Below are positions 26,279 through 37,701 of a stretch of DNA of 64,000 bases, piece by piece (the first letter of the stretch is position 1; each line of letters starts with the position of its first letter). The DNA comes from Eledone cirrhosa. Its lineage: Eukaryota. The notes under the pieces are model-generated. The model saw only the letters and a program-made list of their open reading frames with translations, had not been told where the DNA came from and searched no databases. Made by a program: the position numbers and the translations under genes. The stretch lies in contig OZ024740.1 of assembly GCA_964016885.1 (NCBI GenBank), positions 41,850,001-41,914,000 of the forward strand, written 5' to 3'.

Positions 26279-27330
26279 TTATCTCTTTCTCTTAATTTCG
26301 AGTATATTTTTTTTGACCGGCCACCTTCCTGGTGGCAAGGTTGTAAAAGAAAAGAAATTGTCATCCTTTGAATCGCAAGAATGTTTTGCAAATGTTGAAG
26401 GTGACAGCTATCGCAGTCATTTGTAGACTATGAATTAGGGAGCTGCGCTTTTTGTCCGCAAATCCAAATTCAGTCATACTTTGGTCCAAGCGGGTTGGTA
26501 TATAACCCGTAGCTCCAATAATGATGGGTATGAAGCTAAAGTTGTATCTTGGATACTGGATTTGTAAACTCCTCATCAATGGTCCGTAGATGTCCTGTAT
26601 TTTTAAACTCCTCATCAATGGTCCGTAGATGTCCTGTATTTTTAAACTCCTCATCAATGGTCCGTAGATGTCCTGTATTTTTCTGACAACGTTTACATCA
26701 AGTGGGCAGCTGATCTCCACAACAGAACACGTTTTCAATGTGTGGTCCCAAACAACAATATCAGGCCGGTTGTGCTTTAATTTGGTGGCAGTTTTTATTT
26801 TCAGGTTCCACTAGTATTCCTTAGTGCCATCTGTCTCAATATATTTTTCCTCGTTTGTTGTTAATCTTGTGTTCCGAAGTGCGTTCCAGATGGTTCTAGC
26901 TATCCCATCGTGTCTCATGGGGAGGTAGTAGCGATATGACATTCTTTTGCAGCTGGCGACAATGTGGCTTACATCCTCGATCTTTGCTTTACATAGCCTA
27001 CATTTATTGTCAGCTGCTGGCCCTCCTCTTTTGTGAAGCAGATATTTGGTAGGGAGTTCTTGTTCCTGTATTGCATAGAGATATCCCTCAAGGTGTGATG
27101 TCATAAACTTGTCGGAACTCCATGCCAGGCTTTTTGAGTGGTTTATCCCCTCTATGGTCTGTGTTTTACGCCTCAAGTATCCATGCACAATTTTTTTCTG
27201 TAAATTGGTCAATTTTTTTATCTTGTTTGAACATTGAATAGGATCCTCCGATTTCTCTGGATGAGAGATTTATATCAGGCTTTATTCCATATCTCTCCTC
27301 CAGATCAGTCGCTATTCTAATGATATTTTT
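26279..27330 (-). mobile_element. R4-clade family C 3' fragment with (CATA)n tail
   Basis: AIQEQ, CRLC..EDVSHIVASC, RHD, KHNRPDIVVWD, VVEISCP, IPIIIGATG. Internal 39-bp triplication. Confidence 0.9.
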
Positions 27331-27397
27331 TTTTATCTATGTGTGTATGTATGTATGTATGTATGTATGTATGTATGTATGTATGTATGTATGTATG

Positions 27398-30300
27398 TTC
27401 TTCTGGTTTAATAATTTCACAAAGTTTTACCAATAGAGAGAGAGTCAGTTTCTAACATAAACACAAGACTCTCTCATTGGAATTTACACATCAACTAGGT
27501 AGATATGTATGTATGTATGCATGTGTAGATTTCGATGTTATTCTATGTGTGGAAGTGTATGTTTTGAGTTGTATGTGTGCATGTGTATATGCTTTGCATC
27601 TGTACATGTGTATATGCAGTTATTAGATGCAAAATGTTTGGAATGTTTTACATGTTTTTACTGTTCCATTAATGGGCTGTACTTGTAATTTCCTAACTAG
27701 TTGTGTTCTTTCTATTCCTGTGAAGCCTAGCTTCTCAAGATTTGTATTGAGGCAGTTACTAACATATCCCAGTGCCCCAATAATCACAGGCATAAATCTG
27801 AAGGTGTAATCAGGGTGGAGTATCTGCAGATTTCTCATCAGTTCTGCATAAATATTCTCCTTTTCATTAATCTTTGATATTATATTGGAATCTGCTGGGC
27901 AGCTAATTTCCACTACTTTGCATGCTTTTTTCTCCCTGTCCCATATCATAATATCTGGTCTGTTATGCCTGCATTTTATTGGTGTTTTTACTGGAAGATT
28001 CCACCAGTACTCTTTCATATTATGTACATTGATGTCTTCCACATTGCTGTAGCTTTTAATGTGTTTATTATCGGGGCTATTTTACGAACTGCATTGTACA
28101 GTGTTTTGGCCACTACATCATACCTCATAGGTAGATAGTACCGCGATGACATCTTTGGACAGCTGCTGATGACATGGGTGATATCCTCGATGTTAGTTTT
28201 GCAGAGTCTGCACTTGTTATCACATCTAGGTGTTTTGCCTGCATCCCTATCTATTTTGTGAATCAGGTATTTCGTGTTAATCTCCTGTTCTTGGATTGCA
28301 AAAGCGTATCCTTCAAAGTGGGAGACAATATAGCGGTTGTTGGTCCAATATAGACTACTTTCCTTATCTACATTACTCTTACTCTGGAGCGTCCTGGCAA
28401 CATATCCATGCATGATTTTTTGCTGATAAGTATGCAGTTTTTTATCCATGGATTCACTGCGATACTGCTGAGCGACTTCCCTGGGTTTTGAGTTTTTGAT
28501 TATCACACAGGGAATATCTCTCGAGGATTACCTTCCCAACTCTCATGATCTTATCCGTTTCATGCAGATAGACTTGCTCAAGAAACGGGTCCCTACGCTT
28601 CGAGGTTCGTAGATGTTGTCGGAGAGATATGATGCGACATTCAAATGTCTGGACTGATGTTAGGCCTCTGCTTCCCTGCTTACATTTCAAGTAAAGGCGG
28701 TCTGTGTCACTGTTGATGTGTAAGTTTCCGGTGTTGTTTAATATTTTTCGAGTTTCAAAATCAACTGCTCGGATTTCGTCTATCGTCCAATTGAGTATTC
28801 CAAACGTTGGTGTTAGGACAGGCACAGCAAACACATTGTGAGCCACTGTTTTGTTTTGCGCAGAGAGTTCCGATGACCAGATTTTTCTTAATCGGGTGTA
28901 GTATTCCCTGGTTACGCGATCTTTATTACAGATACCATTATAGGATATGTTCTCATCTATCCCCAGGTATCTGTAGCAGTCCTCATCAGATATCGGTGAA
29001 ACAGTTAGGCCATTGATGACAATGTTGCTAGATTGGGTTGTTGTTTTTCCCCGCTTTACAGTCATGTATGAGCATTTATCTTGGCCAAACTCCATTCCTA
29101 TATCCTTTGAGAACGTTGTAACCAGGTCAAGATTTTTCTTCATCCCATCCATATTCTTGGCATAGAGTTTCAGATCGTCCACAAAGAAATTATGGGTTAG
29201 GTCCGTATTTCTGTCCTCCCGTGAGCCAATGATGTATCCCTCACATTTCTTGAGCAGAAAGGACAAGGGGTTTAATGAAAAGATGAATAATATCACAGAG
29301 ATACTGTCCCCCTGAAATATACCCCTGCAATATTTTATTTTATCAGTGAAAATAGAGTCCTCCCTCTCTGTCTTTAACCTTAGGATAGTAGCCCAAGAAG
29401 AAGACAGCCTCTCTATGGCTCTGACAATAATGTCTGGGACTTTAGCAAGTTGGAGGGCCTCTATCATCCAAGAGTGGGGAACAGAATCGAAAGCTTTCCT
29501 GTAGTCCAGCCAGACTGTAGCCATATTCCTTCTAAGTTGTCGCACCTCCGACATCGCGGTTTTGTTGATTAGGAGTTGTTCAGCACATCCCCAAACCCAT
29601 TTCTTTCCAGCTGCTTGTTAATCTGTAATGATGTTATTATTTTCACAGTGATCTTGGAGGAATAGGTTCAGGCAGGCTGTATACATCTTATATATCAGGT
29701 TCTGGCATGCAATGGGTCGGTAGTTTTTTGCCAAGTGGGTGTCTTTGTTCTTGGGGACCAGTAATGTTTGTGCTAATGTCAATCATTCTGGTATAAGTGT
29801 ATCTCCCTTAAGGACTTGTTGGTAGAGGTCAGTAAGATACCTCCGATAGAATATCAGTTTTTTTCTACCAGTAGCCGACAATCATATCTCTTCCTGGTGT
29901 TTTCTTATCTTGGAGTTTTCCTATCACAGTCTCAAGGGTACCCTCACTTATTTCGTATGTTTTTGTTGTAGTGTAGGAGCAATAGTTCTTTCGGATTTCT
30001 CTTAGCCACACTGCATCTTGGCTGAAATTCTTCTTTTCACCCCATATTTTGCTCCAAAAGGAATCTATGTCATTCTGGAATGGGGCCTCAGTGAGACTTA
30101 TTATTTTGCCCTTCATATCTCTATATACTGATGTTTGGTTTCGTCTGAATCTTTTATTAAGCACTTTTCTCTCATCTACCTTCTTCAGGTATCGGCGTTT
30201 TTCGCTAACAACTCTCAATTGTTGTTTGAGGGTGATCAGCTTATATTGGAGAGTTCTGGTTCTACTGTTACCAAACATCGTCTCTATTTTATTTTTCACT

Positions 30301-30621
30301 CTTGGAGTGAGGTTTTTTTGTGTTTGTTTGCATGTAAGGAGCATTGTCACATATCCTATGTTTTTTCGTACGTCAGCAATCTTTTTTTCTATTTTAGTTA
30401 TATATGATGGTATTTTTGGTGGTGTTCTGTTCTTGTAAATATCTCTGCTATCACCAAGATAATGCTTCACTGTCGTTTCTAAGGCATATAAACAGGAGTT
30501 GATTTGCCAAAATGTTGAGGTTTTTATCCGTCGTAAATATTCATCCCCTATTTCGTCAATAACACGGTTTTTTTTATTAAACATTGTCATTTTAATACGT
30601 TCAGCAAGAGAGGTATTTAAA
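27398..30621 (-). mobile_element. R4-clade family D, 5'-truncated, (CATA)n on both flanks
   Basis: ORFs 29865-30590, 28454-29554 (WLDYRKAFD, QGDS, FVDD, YLG), 28015-28506 (CRLC..HVISSC) and 27623-28042 (RPD, VEISCP). Confidence 0.93.
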
Positions 30622-30645
30622 TATGTATGTATGTATGTACGTATG

Positions 30646-30860
30646 TTCTTCTGGTTTTATAATTTCATAATTTTTTGTCAATAGAGAGAGTCGGTTTCTA
30701 ACATAGACAGAAGACTTTCTCATTGGAATTTATACAACACCAACTAGGTAGATATGTATGCATGTGTAGGTATGGATGTTATTGTATGTGCGGATGTGTA
30801 TGTTTTGAGTTGTATGTGTGCATGTGTATACGCTTTGTATATGCAGTTATTAGATGCAAA
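30646..30860 (-). mobile_element. R4 family D 3' UTR fragment
   Basis: Homologous to 27398-27632. Confidence 0.9.
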
Positions 30861-30884
30861 ATATGTATGTATGTATGTATGTAT

Positions 30885-31054
30885 GTCAGGTCACCAGCAC
30901 TATGTGTCAATAATGTTACAAGTGTAGTGTTTGTACCAGAGTTTTCAAGTCGCTGGCTGGACTAAAAAGTCACACTCGTTCAGCGCATCGGTAGGGGTTC
31001 TCCTACATGGATATAAAGTAGTGGCCGTACTCGAAAACGAGTTGGCAGCCACCA
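30885..31054 (+). mobile_element. Non-autonomous RTE derivative with a large internal deletion
   Basis: GTCAGGTCACCAG is joined to CCAGCACTATG through a shared CCAG. Confidence 0.85.
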
Positions 31055-31084
31055 TGTATATATATTATATGTATGTATATATAT

Positions 31085-31356
31085 CAAAGGGCAAAGAGCT
31101 CTTAAGAGTCAATGGTCATCCAAAATCACCGGGAGAGATAACCCTTTAGCCTTTGTCAAGGCAGAATTCTAAGATGGTACATGGTACCATGGGCCCAGCA
31201 CTATGTGTCAATAATTGTCACAGGTGTAGTGTTTGTACCAGAGTTTTCAAGTCGCTGGCTGGACTAAAAAGTCACACTTGTTCAGCCCATCGGTAGGGGT
31301 TCTCCTACATGGATATAATGTAGTGGCCGTGCTCGAAAACGAGTTGACAGCCACCA
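31085..31356 (+). mobile_element. Non-autonomous RTE derivative, 5'-truncated and internally deleted
   Basis: Matches the middle and 3' end of 52739-53347. (TATG)n tail. Confidence 0.85.
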
Positions 31357-31444
31357 TGTATGTATGTATGTATGTATGTACGTACGTATGCATATGTACG
31401 TATGTATGCATATGTACGTATGTATGTTAATAGATATATATGTT

Positions 31445-31503
<59 letters not shown>

Positions 31504-31504
<1 letters not shown>

Positions 31505-31529
31505 CTATAGATATATAATATATACACAC

Positions 31530-31609
<80 letters not shown>

Positions 31610-31871
31610 GAATACGGAAGTTCTGTGAAGATGTTAAGGGAACGGAATTCGGTTACGAAAACATAATTTCTGTCCGTTTCCTTTTTCTTTCTACCGAATG
31701 GCTAAGAGGACTAAAAGCAACGTAAAACGTCTTATTTTCCCACAATACCCTTTATTTCGCATGGAAACATGCAACGAGATTCGCATGCAAAACCTGACGT
31801 TTCTTTCCCTCCCGCCTCATCGACCGTTTGACTACCGGTAAATTTATATGCGGATTACCGGGACCTGCTAG
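31504..31871 (+). mobile_element. Probable non-autonomous Helitron
   Basis: 5' A|TCTATAGATATATAA. 3' hairpin CCGGTAA..TTACCGG (31835-31861) followed by CTAG. Internal segment repeated at ~33105-33160. The base after CTAG is A, not the expected T. Confidence 0.5.
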
Positions 31872-32208
31872 ACTAGAGTAGCCATGGAAGAACACACCAG
31901 TATATCTGCTACTTTGGTAGTGGTAATATAACTGAACTCACTATTATTTGTCAACTCTTATCACCTCTATCATGTATCTTTATTTCCATTTCAGCACCTT
32001 TCACTTTTTTTTTTCATTTATTTTTTTTTTTCATTATTTTTTCAATTTTAATTAATTGATTGACTGAGATATTAACTGATTAGTTTATTAGTTATTACTT
32101 TTTATACTTTAAATTTCTCTGTTATATTTCGTTATTGGTTCTCAGTATTTTCCTATTTGGGTTTATTAGTAACCCGATTAATAAGTTTCTCTACCTATCT
32201 CTCGTACA

Positions 32209-32560
32209 TGGCAGTATCGGTAGAGGGTCGGACGCTATGCTTTCCAGCATAGTTACGTCCCGTTACGGTCTGAGTTCAAATCCCACCGAGGTTAACTTTG
32301 CCTTTCATCCTTACGGGGTCGATAAAATAAAGTACCGGTAATGTACTGGGTAATTGATGGCCTTGTGCCTAAAGTGGAAACAATTATATATGGCAGTATC
32401 GGTAGAGGGTCGGACGCCATGCTTTGCAGCAAAGAGTTACGGCCCCTTCTGGTCTGAGTTCAAATCCCGCCGAGGTTAACTTTGCCTTTCATCCTTACAG
32501 GGTCGATAAAATAAAGTACCAGTAATACACTGGCCTTGTGCCAAAAGTAGAAACAGTTAT
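32209..32560 (+). mobile_element. Two tandem OK/OR-like SINE copies
   Basis: Copies at 32209-32387 and 32391-32560. Confidence 0.87.
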
Positions 32561-33609
32561 ATAGTACTTCATTATATAGTACTTCATATAATAGGACTTA
32601 ATTGTTAATCATTAGTTCTGAATATTTAATTTTCAATATTGAACCCCATTTTCTAATTTACAATTTCTAACACTAACTTATAAATCTTCCCATTTATTTT
32701 AAATGTTAATTCTGAAGTTTTAATTGATTAATTTTTAATGCGGAATTCTAATTTTTAGACCCTTGCATTAATTTATCTATTCACTTATGTTGGTGGGGAA
32801 TTAAACAATAATTCAGTCATCAATATAAGCTTTTGCGGTAAACGTGATAACATAAAATAGTGGCAGTTGGCGAGGAGATGCATGTACTCCACCACATGAC
32901 TTCTAGTTTACTGGTGCTAGCGTCTGTTGGATGAGATCCAAGTAGTAAACTAAAACTCTTAGGCTGATTTGAACTCTATGACTTTAGTATCACACAGGTT
33001 GTGGTGGGGGCGGCTTGGTGTATGAAGGGGTGATAAACGGATGGTCAGCCACTCCCCCACCTCCACGCCTGCGCAGCGCTGTGCAGTGGAACTAAAGCCC
33101 ACAAACGAACGGACTTCGGCTATGAAAACATCATTTTTGTCCGTTCCCTTTTCTTTAGATTGGATTGCATCGGAAACGTAACCTTATTACATAAGATGCT
33201 GTCTGATGTTATAGCGTAACCGGTTACCTGACTGACCAATCACATAGCCATGATCGTTATTGCAATATATATCACATCTTTGTTAATAAAGCTCTCTTTA
33301 ACATCTACACCAAACTTCACATTTTCTTTATTCCGCATATACTTTGTAACTGACTGACAAATCATATCTGGAAGAAAATACATGACGTTGAGTGCTTAAT
33401 TTGAATGGCATCTATATTCACTGATTGGTGTGTTACATACGAAACCCCGACGAGTCAACATATTTACCGTATATATGTATCTATAAATAAATATATATAT
33501 AAAGAGAGATACATATATAAATATATAATATACAATATATTATATAAATATGTAATATACAATCTCTTTCTCTCTCTCATCTCTCTTTCTCTCTCTCATC
33601 TCTCTTTCT

Positions 33610-33686
<77 letters not shown>

Positions 33687-34089
33687 TATATGTGTGTGTG
33701 TGTGTGTTCGTAAGAATGTCTGTGTGTATTATATATTAATATATAAATACATTATATATAAATGCATTAATCTATAAATGAATTTATATTTATACGTATA
33801 TATACACGTATACATGCATACAAATATACACACAGCTACATACACACATAAATTTATGCAAAATTTATAGACACTTCCAGAAAATAAATGAAAAAAGTGA
33901 GAAAAAATAAATTCAACCAAAACGTGATATGTTTCTTGTCACAACCAGAGAAATACTTTTTAAAATTTACATCATGGAATTAGCCACTTTAAAATTCCTT
34001 GAATTTCTTACTATATTTCTTTTTACTTACGATTCATTTAACAATGTTTCCAAATAGGGAATAGATCTTCTTTCAGATATGTTGAAAAC

Positions 34090-35062
34090 ATATCTATCTA
34101 TAACTCAATGTATCCCAAACTAGGACCACCACGGATGTACATGATACAATGACAAGTCAGTCAATCATATTGATGGCCTCCCCACAGCCCCGGCGGACAG
34201 AATGGGGAAGGCGTTTCCCCGGAGGATGTTAAGGGAGATGCGCTGGAAGAGCCATTCCAACTTGCGAGGTTCACACTTGCGGCTGGCCAGCTCAGCACCT
34301 ATGGTGGTGAGTAGGGAGGTAGTCCTAGGGCCAAGGACACCAGAAGTCTCCACTGCCAAGGGTACGACCGCAAACCTGTCGGAAAGCGACCGGTATTTGG
34401 AGAGTTTGGCCTCCTCAGCCCGACGTGCAGCAGAACCTGGGTTAGTCGCAGACTGCACCAGGTTGCGGCTGGAGAAAGTGTCGCTGCATGTGGCATCCCA
34501 GACGAAGGGTTTGCCACCGCGGAACTGGATGATGGTCATATCATCTGGACTTTTGTGGTCCTCTCGGTCCATCCCCACCGGTTCGAGCTGGGAAGGGAAG
34601 CTTGCGGCGTCGAAGCCATGCTTTATGACCTCGTTGAGGGCAGCATGGCGTGGAAGGCGGCCGGCACTGTTGCGACAGGAAAGCGGGTGGAGGCCGAAAG
34701 AGTCCACGGTGGATCCGTAGCGACATTGGTGTGGTTCGCAGATCTGGAGTCCAAGCCTCAAAGAAAACGCCGATACGCAGGCTATCGTTATCCAGCTGCG
34801 TGCCAGTGGAGAAGGAGGGCATGGCATGGAGCCAGGAACCACTGAGGGGTTTGGAGGCCGCACGAAAACAGGCAAGGTGGTGCAGGTCGAGCTGGCGCGT
34901 GAGCCAGTCTGAGGCCAGGCTGCACTGGATGGCGTCCCAAATGCATTCGGGGGACTTGACGTCAGCAGGGGGGGGGGGTGAGAAGGAGGAGGGAGTCTAC
35001 TGGGCAGAGTCCCATCCGGTCCCACATCTCACAGGCGGCCTCACGTTCCCTGATCAGAGAGG
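34090..35062 (-). mobile_element. CRE-clade RLE non-LTR retrotransposon 3' fragment
   Basis: ORF 34165-35025: SLRLGL..C..HPLSC..GRLPRHAALN, PD, WDATCSDT, VPLAVETSG, LFQRISLNILRGNA. Confidence 0.88.
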
Positions 35063-35486
35063 GTAAATTTTAAGTTTACTCGACAGACCAATAACCACTC
35101 GATCTGTTAGAAGTGCCAGTTATGGAAAAAAAATGATATATTGGTTAATGTTATCTGAGACACATATTGTAAAACGAGATGTTTATAACTAGGAGGTTGT
35201 GGTCATACGTCTATTCGATCAAGTCTGACCTGCGACTTTAGAACCTCCCCCTCCAAAAAAAAACCCACGACGACGACGACGAGGGCGGCAAGATGAAAAG
35301 ACAAGAGCGAGAATGTGAAAAACAACATAAACAATAACATAACAAATATTTTCTTAGAATGATATATCACACATACACACATACACGCACATACACACTC
35401 ACAGGTGCAAAACAAGACAAGGAAAGAAGGAAAGCACAACATAAAAGATAGGTAAACAAACTCTCTTGAAATAGAAATAGGAAATA

Positions 35487-35523
35487 TTTTTACGTTTCGG
35501 GCTTAAACACTTCTTCAGAAAGA
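35487..35523 (-). ncRNA. Minimal Penelope-type hammerhead ribozyme, degenerate stem II
   Basis: Minus strand CTTT-CTGAAGA-AGTGTTTAAGCCC-GAAACGTA-AAA. Tail runs to the (CA)n tract near 35400. Confidence 0.65.
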
Positions 35524-35897
35524 TTGAGTAAAAAAAAAAAAGACAGAAATGTGGACATGTGGTAGAATAGTGAAGAGGATGGTGGTGGATAAACCACCTC
35601 ATATTGAAAATTACTGGAAGTGAGGAAAATGTATAATGAAAATGAAAAGTGAACCAGTATGCAGATGACTCTATGTCTACGACCCCGTCTGACACACGCG
35701 TATAACTTGCTGAGTAAGTTCTGTTTAAATTTCTATAGAAATTCTTGTCTGATAACTTTAATTTTTGTACCATTTTGTAGAGGGACTGCCAGGTCAAACT
35801 TTGATCTGGTCAGTCTCTCAAAATATTCTACGCCTTTAGGCGAAATAGTTAAACAAAAAAAAAGTTTTTTCTTGTTGAAAAGTCAATATTTTTTTAA

Positions 35898-37677
35898 ATG
35901 GCCGAAGCTTCTTCACCAAAATTCGAAGGAGGAAAGGGGAAGATGAACTTACAGCTTCCCCCTGCCACTGTCACAGTAGCAGAGGTCAAGAAGAAAGGTC
36001 AGCCAGAGGAAGAATTCTCTCCACCTGTTAACCGACAACTTGACGTTGCCATGGCAACAACTCAAAGAACCAGCGGCAACAGCAACAACAACAATGCGAC
36101 GGACGAAAACAACACCAATAACAATAACAACAACAAGACCAATAACGGTGACAACAACAACAATGATAACAACAACACCACCAACGACAACAACAACACA
36201 AACAAACAAAATTTCTCCTTCGCCGAGACGACAAGGAAAACCCTCGACTATCTGCCAGTAGATATAACAAAAGCGAAGGAGCTACTGGCGGATGCGAAAA
36301 AATATATAGTGTACGGGGAAAATGGTTCATTCACAATCCATTCCCCCCCGGAACTAAAAAGCCAGAGACTCCTAAACACGGTCATGTTTAGGACAATCTC
36401 GAACAAAAGTAAAAAACCAGCTCAACCATCACAGAGCGAGATAGAGCTGGTTTTAAAAGACGTCATGAAGGACATCACCTTCATTCAGAAGGATAGACTC
36501 TACGGGAGTCTATCCATTCTCATGAAGGACAGGGACACAGCAGTGAAACTGTCCATCAAACCAATCACATCCACCGCATACACCTTCTACCCTACGTACA
36601 TGGGTAGAAGAACACAAAAAATAAAAATCCACACCATCCTGCCGATTATGGACATATGGTGGGTTTTGACAGGTTTTCTGGACCTGGAGGATGACATGCT
36701 GGTGTCCATGGGAAAGGCATCGGGTGACGCGTTCAGTGGAACGAGCCTCGAACTTGTAGTTCAAATGAGGCCCGAAAGGATCGCCCAGATCCCTGAACGC
36801 GTCATACTGGATGATCTAACCTTCATCAACATTACCGTTGAGGGTAGACGGCCCTCGTGTTACCTCTGCGGAACCAGAGGTCACCTGAGGGCTGTCTGTC
36901 CCCAACTTAATAAGAAAACCCCAATCCTGCCTACACCACCAACAGCTGCACAACCAACACAATCACCACAACTACCACTACAAAAACAACCACCACAGCT
37001 CAAACCAAAACAAAACAATGTCCAACCCATCCCCTCCACTCAAAAAACAAAAACAATTTCCAAAACACCCGTACCGCAAACACAACCCGAAAATATACCC
37101 CTCCCCTCCAACGCGGAAGATGACCCTAGTTCGTCGTCAGACGAGGAGGAGCACTTCCACACAATCAAAAGAAAAAAAAGAAAACACACCTCAGACACAC
37201 AAATGAAAAAAAAACCCTCCCCAAAACATAACACTGACACCAACACAAAAGAGCTCACAACAGCAAACAAAAAACACCACACAAAAACAAAAACATGCAT
37301 ACACATACATAAATACAAGAAACAAAAAACTGTTAAACATTGTGTACAACAACAATCTAATAAAAACACAAGGGCCTAACTTCACCCAGGCAGGGGATTT
37401 CCCCCACCTCAAAATGATTAAGGCCCCACAGGACACCTATAAAACTTTAAAAAACAATTTTAAAGAGGACGTGGGTCCCCCCTGCGTCGGGCCCATTAAC
37501 CGCGTCCTCCTAAAAAACTATCCCACCCCCTCCCCAAACACCCTCACAACTCCAAGCTCCCCAACCACACAACACACTGATGCCCCCACACTTCCACAAA
37601 CCACCACCCCACCCAACAACCCATCCCCCACCCTAATGGAAATTGTGCAGCCCGATACCCGGGACGCAGAGAGGTAA
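35898..37677 (+). CDS. Tx1-B ORF1 (gag-like, Asn-rich N-terminus, CCHC knuckle); one frameshift after ~37206
   Basis: CYLCGTRGHLRAVC knuckle. The C-terminus homologous to Tx1-A lies in a different frame (ORF 37342-37677). Confidence 0.85.
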
Positions 37678-37701
37678 GTGCCTTTTCTCTTCAACACCAA
37701 C

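Noticed and set aside
22935-26426. ORFs with YI/YIYI, MYVC, HTYI, LSLS or CVCV runs (also near 12.4, 31.3, 43, 49.3 and 50.6-51.3 kb)
   Set aside because: These are translations of microsatellites that lack stop codons.
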